From Bacilli bacterium (GTDB lineage: Bacteria; Bacillota_I; Bacilli_A; RFN20; CAG-288), in NCBI GenBank assembly GCA_900770925.1, contig CAAGLY010000002.1:18942-82941 (forward strand): 64,000 nt of DNA. The letters run 5' to 3'. The notes under the pieces were generated by a model. The model saw nothing but the letters and a program-made list of their open reading frames with translations. It was not told where the DNA came from and ran no database searches. This document shows, piece by piece, positions 44,001 through 52,936 of this stretch. Position 1 is the stretch's first letter. The number at the start of each line of letters is the position of its first letter. Both the position numbers and the translations under genes were made by a program.

Positions 44001-45076
44001 CGGATGTGCGGTTTATTCTTCTCTTTATACCTGCTCTTATCTGCTTCTTCTAGGATGTCAAGGACATTTCCGCTGCCTGGCTGGAAGTCAGCCTGACCGA
44101 AGGAGTAAGTCGGATAGAAAGGATGAAGGGTAATCCTATTCTGCCACTTCTGGTGGAAGTCTTTTTTCGCATCTTCGAATTTGTCCCTATTCTTATTGGC
44201 GAGAATGACAAACTCATCTCCTCCGTAACGGAAGACCTTTCCGCAGCGGTTGAAACATTCCCGCCTAATAGAGGAAAAGTCGATAAGGACCTTATCTCCT
44301 TTACGATGCCCATAGCGGTCATTGATGGATTTGAAATTATCGATATCAATCCTGATTATCTTAGCATTTGTGTTCCTATGCGTTAAGATGGATTCAAAGG
44401 TCTGTCTGTTCATTAACGATGTTAATCCATCTGTTTCTGAACAGATTTCGACAGTCATGATGTAAACAAACCTAGCGCTGACTGTATAGACAGGCCATTC
44501 GATGTGGAGTCCCGGTAAAATCCAATGGAGGAGGCTTGCGGTTAAGACGATGAGCTGTGTAGTAACCAGAGTAGGAAGGCAGTGGTACTGACGTTTCCGG
44601 CTGGTATTGAAGAGGGAAAACGTACTCAAAATAAAACCGATAATGACGATGAGTTCATAGATCCAGTAGAACTTTCCTCGCAGGATGACATTCGTGTCAC
44701 TGTCGTAATGGATAAAGAAATTAAATGGCCTACTGATACACTGGATGATTACGTTGATGATAATCAGGGCAAGGTTAGCAAGGGAGATACGTGTCTGCTT
44801 GAAGACTAGACCGGCAAAGAAGGCAACGACCGGTGTAATCATGAACTCGATGTGGCGGAGAAGTTTCCTTGCGGTAGGACTGCCCCATTTGAAAGGAGTC
44901 CTGCTGACGGATATCCATTCAAACCCCCTTCCGAAAAAGATAGTCAGGAATAGACAGAGGAAGGCATGCTTCTGCCAGCGACTTAAGGTCGGATTACGAT
45001 GAATGAGGTATTCACAGACGATAATAGCGAGATAGGATAGTAAACCCCCAGCTGAATAGTAATAAAACCAATTCAT
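43997..45076 (-). CDS. membrane-anchored diguanylate cyclase (GGDEF domain)
   Basis: An N-terminal region with about six TM helices is followed by RYGGDEF and upstream DxxN...RxGD motifs. Confidence 0.75.
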   Translation of the reverse strand: MNWFYYYSAGGLLSYLAIIVCEYLIHRNPTLSRWQKHAFLCLFLTIFFGRGFEWISVSRTPFKWGSPTARKLLRHIEFMITPVVAFFAGLVFKQTRISLANLALIIINVIIQCISRPFNFFIHYDSDTNVILRGKFYWIYELIVIIGFILSTFSLFNTSRKRQYHCLPTLVTTQLIVLTASLLHWILPGLHIEWPVYTVSARFVYIMTVEICSETDGLTSLMNRQTFESILTHRNTNAKIIRIDIDNFKSINDRYGHRKGDKVLIDFSSIRRECFNRCGKVFRYGGDEFVILANKNRDKFEDAKKDFHQKWQNRITLHPFYPTYSFGQADFQPGSGNVLDILEEADKSRYKEKNKPHIR

Positions 45077-45150
45077 ACTTTAAGATATACTATCTTATTT
45101 TTTAGCAGATGGAAAGGAGGATGCTTAAAAAAACAGATTTTATCCTGCTG

Positions 45151-45858
45151 TTATTTATTCAATAAACTAGCGGCTTCTTCATCGCAGTAGATTGTGGCAT
45201 CGTTATGCTGGTTAAGGAGAGAAGCGGGGGTGGCTTCATCGACTTTACCGAAAGTCTTTTTAATGGCTTCTGCTTTGTTCTTTCCCCTGGCGATTAAGAT
45301 AATCTTCTTTGCCTGCCTGATACTCTTCCTTCCCCTAGTGACTGCCTGGGTCGGAACATCATTGACGGAAGCGAAGAAGCGGGAGTTATCCTTGATTGTC
45401 TTTTCAGCCAGGTCAGCAATATGGGTTAAGGAATCGAAGGAAGTTCCCGGTTCATTGAAACCGATATGCCCATCTGCTCCGATACCAAGCAGCTGAAGGT
45501 CAACCCCTCCTGCTTTCTTGATTTCCTCATCATAAGTCTTCCTTCCTTCTAAGGACGGGAAATGCGTGTTTTCTTTCCTGATGTTGATGAAATCAAAGAG
45601 ATGCGTATCCATGAAGTAGCGGTAGGACTGTGTGAAATCAGGGTTATTGATGTACTCATCTAAGTTAAATGAAGTGACCTTGGAAAAATCGACCTTCTCT
45701 TCCTTTGCTAATTCAATAATCTTCTGATATGTCTTGATTGGACTAGATCCTGTGGCTAAGCCAAGCACCGCATTCGGTTTCTCTTTGACTAACTGAATTA
45801 TCGTCTTAGCGATTTCTAACGCCCTCTCATCCGGATTGTTAATAATGACAAGCTTCAT
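45151..45858 (-). CDS. nagB: glucosamine-6-phosphate deaminase
   Basis: The 235-aa protein has the motifs LGLATGSSP and LDEY, and is typical of the short NagB class. Confidence 0.9.
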   Translation of the reverse strand: MKLVIINNPDERALEIAKTIIQLVKEKPNAVLGLATGSSPIKTYQKIIELAKEEKVDFSKVTSFNLDEYINNPDFTQSYRYFMDTHLFDFINIRKENTHFPSLEGRKTYDEEIKKAGGVDLQLLGIGADGHIGFNEPGTSFDSLTHIADLAEKTIKDNSRFFASVNDVPTQAVTRGRKSIRQAKKIILIARGKNKAEAIKKTFGKVDEATPASLLNQHNDATIYCDEEAASLLNK

Positions 45859-45876
45859 TTTTCTATTTCCTTTCTG

Positions 45877-47031
45877 TTATTTCTGATAGACAATCTCGCC
45901 GCCCACAATTGTTGCCCAGATATTCCTATCCTTATCAGCAATGACAAAGTCTGCTTTCTTTCCTGCTTTGATAGAACCAATCTGATCATAGAGGCCCCTA
46001 TTCTTAGCTGGGTTCTTACTTGCCCTATCGACTGCATCTTCTAAGGATAAGGAGAGAAGATTCTTCCTGTTTCGGACCGCTTCATTCAGATGGAGAATCG
46101 ATCCTGCCAATGTTCCGTCAAGAAGTCTGGCAGCACCGTCTTTGACATAGACCTTCTGTCCGCCAAGCTGATAGGTTCCGTTTGGCCTTCCTTTGGCTTC
46201 CCTGGAATCCGTAATCAGAGTGATTTTATCCTTGCCCTTGCAGCGATACCTCATCTCGATGCATTCTCTGCAGACATGATGGAAATCTGCAATCAGTTCA
46301 CAGGAGACAGAGTCGGAGATCCTTAAGGCACCGGCCGTGCCCCTTTCCCGATGCTTGATTCCTGTCCTGGCATTGAAGGTATGAGTTCCGATTGTCACAC
46401 CGTTCTTGATGGCTTCTAAGGCTAAGGCACAGGTGTTATCCGTATGCCCGATGGAAGCGGCAATACGATGGGAGACCCTATATTCAAGAAAGTCTTTATG
46501 ATTCGGATCATAGGAGAAAGTGACTTCCTTGATATGATGCCCGGATAATTCATCGTAATGCATTAGAAGGGAAGCGTTCAGTGGAACGATATCTTCTTCA
46601 TTCTGTGCCCCGCAGAACTTCTTTGAAATAAACGGACCTTCTAGATGAATGCCCATCACACGGCTCTTTCCGGTCTGATTCCGCCTGTATTCGTTAATGG
46701 CAGTCAGAGCAGCTTCGATATGACGGTTATCCCTTGTCCTTGTAGTAAAGCTGAAGGTAGTAGTACCGTCTTCTGCTTCGGCATCCGCAATAGTCTTTAA
46801 TGCTTCTCCTGTTGCATCCCTTGCATCAGCGTTCTTTGCGCCATGAATATGTTCATCCACTAGACCGGGGAGGACAAAGTATCCTTCCGGAACAGAAAGA
46901 TAATCTGGGTTATTTTCTTTTCCGTCACCGATCTGACTGATGGTATCCTGATTGATTTCCAGAGAGGCTTTCTTGATTCCTTCGCCTTCGATATAAATAT
47001 CAGAATTTGAGATACCTTTAATTCTCTTCAT
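45877..47031 (-). CDS. nagA: N-acetylglucosamine-6-phosphate deacetylase
   Basis: The start is MKRIKG after a GGAGGA RBS. The metal-binding motifs are GLVDEHIHG, an HLEGP motif and an HTFN motif. The 5' extension in the track is upstream of the RBS. Confidence 0.85.
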   Translation of the reverse strand: MKRIKGISNSDIYIEGEGIKKASLEINQDTISQIGDGKENNPDYLSVPEGYFVLPGLVDEHIHGAKNADARDATGEALKTIADAEAEDGTTTFSFTTRTRDNRHIEAALTAINEYRRNQTGKSRVMGIHLEGPFISKKFCGAQNEEDIVPLNASLLMHYDELSGHHIKEVTFSYDPNHKDFLEYRVSHRIAASIGHTDNTCALALEAIKNGVTIGTHTFNARTGIKHRERGTAGALRISDSVSCELIADFHHVCRECIEMRYRCKGKDKITLITDSREAKGRPNGTYQLGGQKVYVKDGAARLLDGTLAGSILHLNEAVRNRKNLLSLSLEDAVDRASKNPAKNRGLYDQIGSIKAGKKADFVIADKDRNIWATIVGGEIVYQK

Positions 47032-47198
47032 TTCTGTTATCCTCCGCTTACTTATTTTAACATTATGTACTGAAGCAGAAGTGCAAGTGCAAAACACGAA
47101 TGATTTTTGATTAATGAGCAGGAAATGTACAATCTCATATCGAAACTCCAATTCATAAAGAAATGTGATTAGAATGTTATGAGGGGGAGGAATTATCC

Positions 47199-47924
47199 GT
47201 GGACCGAAAAGCTGATTCTTACCCAGTGCTTGCTGATGTGAAAGGAGTGTTCTTTGATTGTTGGGGAACACTTCTCCACGAGAAAGAAGACAGAAGAGTA
47301 TACCTAAAACAGATCTATGATCACTGCCTGAATAAAGGAGAGGTTGATTGGGATAAGGCATACAAGGAAGCTTCTGAGTTCTGGGACAATTACCAGAAAG
47401 TATCACATTATGACGTCCGTATTGATGCGATGGTTTCCCTATTCTGCCTGATGTATAACGTTAAACTTGACTCTCCTATTGAAGTTGTATCATCAAAGAT
47501 TATCGATGATATTGCAGGAGAACCAATTGATGGAGTAATTGACTTCCTCCACGAACTTAACAGACGGAATATTCAGCATGGAGTAATCAGCAATACAGTA
47601 TTTGATGGCAGAGAGACCGAGAAGATTATTCAGGATAAACTGAAAGACAATGGCTTCTCATCCTTTTTCTTCTCGAATGACTATGCTCTCCGCAAGCCAT
47701 ATCCGACTATCTTCCTCGCTGCATTGAAAAAAGCAGGAAGGCACAAGGAAGACTGTCTCTTTATCGGTGATTCCTTTATTGACGATATTGTCGGTTCTTA
47801 TCGCTTCGGATTTAAGAAATCTGTCTTTCTCTCCTATCGTTCTTCGCAGAGAGAACTCTCCGAGAAAAAAGAATACGCAGATGTGAACTATGTTTCTGTT
47901 TTCCGTTATCAGGATCTAATTTAG
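47199..47924 (+). CDS. HAD-superfamily hydrolase with a GTG start
   Basis: The RBS is GGGGGAGGA, followed by GTG at 47199. Motif I is degenerate (FFDCWGTLL). A motif IV-like LFIGDSFIDD is present. Confidence 0.55.
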   Translation: MDRKADSYPVLADVKGVFFDCWGTLLHEKEDRRVYLKQIYDHCLNKGEVDWDKAYKEASEFWDNYQKVSHYDVRIDAMVSLFCLMYNVKLDSPIEVVSSKIIDDIAGEPIDGVIDFLHELNRRNIQHGVISNTVFDGRETEKIIQDKLKDNGFSSFFFSNDYALRKPYPTIFLAALKKAGRHKEDCLFIGDSFIDDIVGSYRFGFKKSVFLSYRSSQRELSEKKEYADVNYVSVFRYQDLI

Positions 47925-47944
47925 CTTATCTATAGGAGGATAAT

Positions 47945-49351
47945 ATGATTCATTTTGGAACTGGCGGTTTCCGCGGAGTAATCGGTGATGATTTCACTAA
48001 GGATAATGTCAAAAAGATTGCCCAGGCAATCAGCGACATCATCCATGAGGCAAATTCCAAGAAACCTGTTGTGATTGGCTATGATTTCCGTTTCGGTTCC
48101 GATGCTTTTGCTATCTATAGGGCTAACACATTGGCTGCGAATAATATTCCGGTCATTTTAGCAAGCGGACCAACTCCTACTCCGGCAGTCAGGTCAGTGA
48201 GTAAAGCTATGGATAACGACTTTGGAATCAGGATCACTGCCAGCCACAATCCTTATTATTTCAATGGCGTGAAGCTGTTCCAGGGACAGGGCAGGGATGC
48301 GGAGGTCGAACTGACTGATTGCGTCGAACATAAAGTCCAGTGCCTGAACACCTATAAGACAAGGAACTATCAGGATGCTTTGGATTCCGGGAAAATTGTC
48401 CGCCAGGATATTCTTACTCCGTTCTTAGATCATATCCGCGCCTTCCTCCATCCATCAAAATCCAAAGCTCCACTTCATGTTCTCTTTGATCCAATCTATG
48501 GAACTGGTGCCTTAACCTTAAGGAATATCGCCAAGAATCTCGATATTGATGCCGATAGGATTCACTCTGAGCACGATGCTTTCTTCGGGCATCGACTTCC
48601 TAATCCGATTGAAGAGAACTTAATCGAAGATAAGAAGCTAATTCTCGAGAACCGTTATGATCTTGCAATCGGAACTGATTCCGATTGCGATCGTATTGCC
48701 ATCCTTGATGAAAAAGGAAACTATGTCGATGCCAATGAAGTCAGGGCCTGTATCTATTATTACCTCGTGAAATATCTAGGCAGGAAAGGTGACTGCATCA
48801 AGAATGTTGCCACAAGCAATCTCCTAGATGCCAGGAGTGAAAAGCTCGGATTCACCTGCCATAGGGTAGACGTCGGATTTAAGAATATCTCTGCCGGAAT
48901 CAAGAAGTATGATGCCTTAATCGGAGGTGAATCCTCTGGAGGACTGACCATCCGCGGCTACATCTATGGTAAGGATTCCACCTTCGCTTCTGCTCTCTTC
49001 TTAGAAAGGGTTAAGACAAGGAATAAGCCGGTCAGTGAGATTGTCAAAGAGGTCCGTGACTTTGCTGATTTCCACTCTATCAGGCTAGAAGACAGTTACA
49101 CTTTCCGTTATCGGAGCAATGTCTTTAAGGCCGGAAAAGAGATTGTGCCTGATTTTGATCAGAAACCAGTCGATAAGATTTGCCTGAATAACAACTTCAA
49201 ATATCTCTTCAGTGATGGGGGATGGGCATTGATTCGATTCTCAGGCACAGAACCCTTATGCCGTATCAGGGGTGAATCACCGGATAGGAACATCACAAAG
49301 AAACGGATTCAGATTCTGAAAGACTTCTTAAGCAAAGCGGATCACGCTTAA
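47945..49351 (+). CDS. alpha-D-phosphohexomutase (phosphomannomutase or phosphoglucosamine-mutase-like)
   Basis: The active-site Ser loop reads ITASHNPYYFNGVKL. The metal loop reads GTDSDCDR. The sugar loop reads GGESSGG. Confidence 0.8.
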   Translation: MIHFGTGGFRGVIGDDFTKDNVKKIAQAISDIIHEANSKKPVVIGYDFRFGSDAFAIYRANTLAANNIPVILASGPTPTPAVRSVSKAMDNDFGIRITASHNPYYFNGVKLFQGQGRDAEVELTDCVEHKVQCLNTYKTRNYQDALDSGKIVRQDILTPFLDHIRAFLHPSKSKAPLHVLFDPIYGTGALTLRNIAKNLDIDADRIHSEHDAFFGHRLPNPIEENLIEDKKLILENRYDLAIGTDSDCDRIAILDEKGNYVDANEVRACIYYYLVKYLGRKGDCIKNVATSNLLDARSEKLGFTCHRVDVGFKNISAGIKKYDALIGGESSGGLTIRGYIYGKDSTFASALFLERVKTRNKPVSEIVKEVRDFADFHSIRLEDSYTFRYRSNVFKAGKEIVPDFDQKPVDKICLNNNFKYLFSDGGWALIRFSGTEPLCRIRGESPDRNITKKRIQILKDFLSKADHA

Positions 49352-49356
49352 GAAAA

Positions 49357-49395
49357 CAAAAAATGCACAGGCGGATACCTGTGCATTTTGCTTTC
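49357..49395. terminator. bidirectional Rho-independent terminator between the convergent phosphohexomutase genes
   Basis: The hairpin AAATGCACAGG-CGGATAC-CCTGTGCATTT is flanked by an A-run and a T-run. Confidence 0.6.
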
Positions 49396-49403
49396 TGTTC
49401 TAT

Positions 49404-51089
49404 TTAGCGGAAGAATTTAGCTAAATCATCTGCAATGACCTGATCTTCTTCTTTTGCTTTCTCCCTAGAGGAGGAAGAAACGGAGATATAGGCTTTCAGT
49501 TTCGGTTCTGTTCCGGAAGGACGGACAATGATGGAGGATTCATCTTCAAGGATGAACATGAGGACATCGGCCTTCGGAAGTCCGTTTAATCCAGGAAGAT
49601 AGTCTAAGGTCTTGATGACCTTCTTTCCGCCGAGAGTCTCGATACCTTTGCGGAAGTGCTTCCTGATTTCCTGCCTCTTCTCGAAACCGGAGGAACCATC
49701 GAACTCATAGTTGTGAAGAGAATTGTTCGTGTATCCGTAGGTCTTATAGAGCTCATCAAGCTTGTCTAATAAGGAGATTCCTTTTGACTTGTAGTAGGCA
49801 AACCTTTCACAGATCCTGAAAGCACCATCGACAGCATCCTTATCCCGGACATAGGTTCCGGTCAGACACCCGTAGGATTCCTCAAATCCGAAGATGTAGC
49901 TATCTTCCTTATGTTCCTTTTCTAATAATCCGATCTGTTCACCGATGTATTTGAATCCGGTTAAGACATTGATGGTTTTAACCTGATAGTGGTTAGCAAT
50001 CTTCTCGGCCCTATCAGAAGTAACGATTGTTTTGACTAGAACCGGATCTTCCGGCCTCTTTCCTAAAGCCTGGCGGCGTTCGCAGATATAGTTGAATAAG
50101 AGCCTTCCGGTCTGGTTTCCGGAAAGGAGTTGGTAGTTGCCTTCTTTGTTTAAGACAGCGATACCGACACGGTCACAGTCTGGATCGGTGGCTAAGAGAA
50201 GGTCCGCCTTGTGTTCCTTTGCATAGTTCCTTCCTAATGCCATGGCTTCCTGGATTTCCGGATTCGGGAACGGACAGGTCGGGAAGTAGCCGTTCGGAAA
50301 CTGCTGTTCCTTAACGACGGTAATGTTCGTATATCCGGATTCCTCTAAAGTACGGGTGACCGGGATAAGTCCGGTTCCGTTAAGCGGAGTATAGACAATG
50401 GCAACGTTCTTATCGATCTTCTCATCGCCTAAGAGAGACTGTTTCTTGACTTCAGAAATAAAGGCAGTCAGGACTTTTGGAGGGATATAGGAAATCAGGC
50501 CTTTTTCGAAACCTTCATCATAGGAGATGAGCTTAATATCCTTGAAGATATCGAGAGATTCGATTTCAGATAAGACTTCGGCAGCGGCTTCTGTCGTAAT
50601 CTGGCAGCCATCCTCTCCGTAGACCTTGTATCCGTTGTACTTAGAAGGATTGTGGCTGGCAGTCACCATGACACCGGCAGAGCAATGGAGATAGCGGGTA
50701 GCAAAGGATAAGGTCGGGACAGGGGAAATCTGCGGATAGATGCTGACCTTGATTCCGTTTGCGGCAAAGACTCTGGCGGCAATCTTAGCAAAGACATCGC
50801 TCTTTAAGCGGCTATCGCGAGAAATAGCGACAGAACGTTTTCCTTCCGGATAATGTTTGCAGATATAGTTGGACAAGCCCTGAGAAGCCTTAGCAACGGT
50901 ATAGATGTTCCTGCGGTTTGTGCCGGCGCCGATGACTCCGCGTAAGCCTCCGGTTCCGAACTCTAGATCACGATAGAAGGCATCTTCCATCTGTGCCTCA
51001 TTCCTGCTTTTCAGCTCTTTGGATAAGTCGACATCATCGACTTCCTTTAGCCAGCTCTGATAAAGACTCTTATAGTCGCGTTCTGCCAT
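49404..51089 (-). CDS. pgcA: phosphoglucomutase (PgcA-like alpha-D-phosphohexomutase)
   Basis: The motifs VTASHNPSKYNGYKVY, ATDPDCDR and GFEESYG are present. The length, 561 aa, is typical of Firmicute PgcA. Confidence 0.8.
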   Translation of the reverse strand: MAERDYKSLYQSWLKEVDDVDLSKELKSRNEAQMEDAFYRDLEFGTGGLRGVIGAGTNRRNIYTVAKASQGLSNYICKHYPEGKRSVAISRDSRLKSDVFAKIAARVFAANGIKVSIYPQISPVPTLSFATRYLHCSAGVMVTASHNPSKYNGYKVYGEDGCQITTEAAAEVLSEIESLDIFKDIKLISYDEGFEKGLISYIPPKVLTAFISEVKKQSLLGDEKIDKNVAIVYTPLNGTGLIPVTRTLEESGYTNITVVKEQQFPNGYFPTCPFPNPEIQEAMALGRNYAKEHKADLLLATDPDCDRVGIAVLNKEGNYQLLSGNQTGRLLFNYICERRQALGKRPEDPVLVKTIVTSDRAEKIANHYQVKTINVLTGFKYIGEQIGLLEKEHKEDSYIFGFEESYGCLTGTYVRDKDAVDGAFRICERFAYYKSKGISLLDKLDELYKTYGYTNNSLHNYEFDGSSGFEKRQEIRKHFRKGIETLGGKKVIKTLDYLPGLNGLPKADVLMFILEDESSIIVRPSGTEPKLKAYISVSSSSREKAKEEDQVIADDLAKFFR

Positions 51090-51204
51090 ATTTGATACCT
51101 CTTCTTCCTAATCCATTTTATTCCAAAATCTGTGTTTATGGAACAAAAATGAGTACGGAAAATAGGAATAATGGAATTACGCTCTTTTTCTTTTTTCCGG
51201 AATA

Positions 51205-51245
51205 AGAAAAGCAGGCCGCTAAGGAGGGGGCAGCCTGCTCACATC
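51205..51245 (-). terminator. probable terminator after the MalK-like gene
   Basis: On the minus strand the hairpin AGCAGGC...GCCTGCT is followed by TTTCTTATTCC. Confidence 0.4.
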
Positions 51246-51260
51246 TATTGGAGATTGGGA

Positions 51261-52913
51261 TTAATCGATGTCTAACGAACCGGCCGAAATCAGCTTTTCG
51301 CTGGTTTTATCGAAGAGAAGGATATCGTTGCCCTTGAAGCCGACTTTGATGTGCTCATTGACCTTGAAGTCATTGGCACCGAAGATGACACCGGTAACGA
51401 TGAATCCGTTGATGTTCCTCTTGATTGTGGTTTCCCTACCACTAGGCCTGGCGGAGTAAACGACGGCATCCCTGCCTTTGCCTTCTCCTTCGGCAAGAGT
51501 AATGAATTCCGGACGCACACCTAAGATATAGTCTTCATCGGTCGGATCATGCTCTTCCTTACGTTCATAGAGACCATCAATCTTAGTGATTTTGTAGTTG
51601 AAGGTGGTATCCTTATTGAGCTTCTCAACGTAGCCTTTTTCCTTCTTCCTAGCCTCTTTCTTTGCCTTAGCATCAGCAATTTCCTGATTACGCATAGAGA
51701 CTTCTTCTGCTAAGTCAATTGGTTCATTCGGCTTGAAGACGGCTGTAATGGAATCAAAGAAGCGGCATTCGATGGTTCCGTCTTCTCTCTGTTTGACCTT
51801 GGTTTCCCTTAAGGTCATGGCCGGGTTACCGACGAAGTCGGCAACGAAGAGATTGTTCGGACGGCTATAGACCTTTAACGGAGCATCATACTGCTGGAGT
51901 GAGCCATTATTGATTAAGCAGATACGGCTAGCAAGGGTCCTTGCCTCTAACTGATCGTGGGTAACGTAGACAAAGGTTGCACCAGTCTCGACATGCAGAC
52001 GTTTTAACTCAGAGCGCCTTTCTAGACGAAGCTTAGCATCAAGGTTAGAGAGAGGTTCATCCATGAAGATGACCTTCGGTTCCGGTGCCAAGGTACGGGC
52101 GATAGCGACACGTTGCTGCTGACCGCCGGAGAGTTCGTTCGGATAACGTTTCCTGAATTCTTCGACTTTGACAATACGGGCAACATGGCGGATAGCCTGT
52201 TCGCACTCTTCTTTGGAAAGACCGCGCTTTTTCCTGAGAATTACTCCATTCTCTGCTAATTCTCCTCTTTCGTTGAGGACAATGCCTTTGGCTTTATATC
52301 CTTCGGCAATGGTCTTCCTCTTTTCCTGGCATTCTTTGATCTTAGCCTCAGCCTTTGCTTTCCTATCTCCCTGTTCAAGGTGCAGAGCATAGATTTCTTT
52401 AGCGGTATACCTAGAGATAGTGAAGTTATCGATTAACTTGATTAAGGCAACATCCTCATTGATCTTGCCTTTCTTATCGACCGAGTCTTTGACAAAGTAG
52501 ACAACACGGTCTGCTTTTTCACTTAGGATTCTGACGATCTGACTGCGGGTAAGATAATCGAAGTCCGTTTCGGGCCTTTCCTTCTTGATGTTCTTTAAAC
52601 CGAACTGGATGTTCTGATAGACAGTCCTGTTCGGCCAGAGTGCATAGTTCTGGAAAAGGAAGCCGACACGGCGCTTATTCGGAGGAACATTGATTCCCTT
52701 TTTAGAGGAAAAGACGATTTCGTCACCGATTGTGATTTCACCGGAAGTCGGAGTTTCAAGACCGGCGATCCTGCGTAACAGGGTAGTCTTTCCGCATCCG
52801 GAAGGACCAAGGAGAACAACGAAGGATTCATTCGGAATATCCCTAGTGATATGGTCGCTTCCGTAGAAATCCTTCCAGCGTTTGACAACATCTGTAATTT
52901 TAATTTCAGGCAT
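51261..52913 (-). CDS. ABC transporter ATP-binding protein (MalK/PotA-like) with an insertion of about 180 aa
   Basis: The motifs Walker A (GPSGCGKTT), the Q-loop, the LSGGQQQRVAIARTL signature and Walker B (IFMDEPLSNLD) are present. The insertion is K/E-rich. Confidence 0.8.
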   Translation of the reverse strand: MPEIKITDVVKRWKDFYGSDHITRDIPNESFVVLLGPSGCGKTTLLRRIAGLETPTSGEITIGDEIVFSSKKGINVPPNKRRVGFLFQNYALWPNRTVYQNIQFGLKNIKKERPETDFDYLTRSQIVRILSEKADRVVYFVKDSVDKKGKINEDVALIKLIDNFTISRYTAKEIYALHLEQGDRKAKAEAKIKECQEKRKTIAEGYKAKGIVLNERGELAENGVILRKKRGLSKEECEQAIRHVARIVKVEEFRKRYPNELSGGQQQRVAIARTLAPEPKVIFMDEPLSNLDAKLRLERRSELKRLHVETGATFVYVTHDQLEARTLASRICLINNGSLQQYDAPLKVYSRPNNLFVADFVGNPAMTLRETKVKQREDGTIECRFFDSITAVFKPNEPIDLAEEVSMRNQEIADAKAKKEARKKEKGYVEKLNKDTTFNYKITKIDGLYERKEEHDPTDEDYILGVRPEFITLAEGEGKGRDAVVYSARPSGRETTIKRNINGFIVTGVIFGANDFKVNEHIKVGFKGNDILLFDKTSEKLISAGSLDID

Positions 52914-52936
52914 GGTTATTTTTCTCCTTCAAGGAT

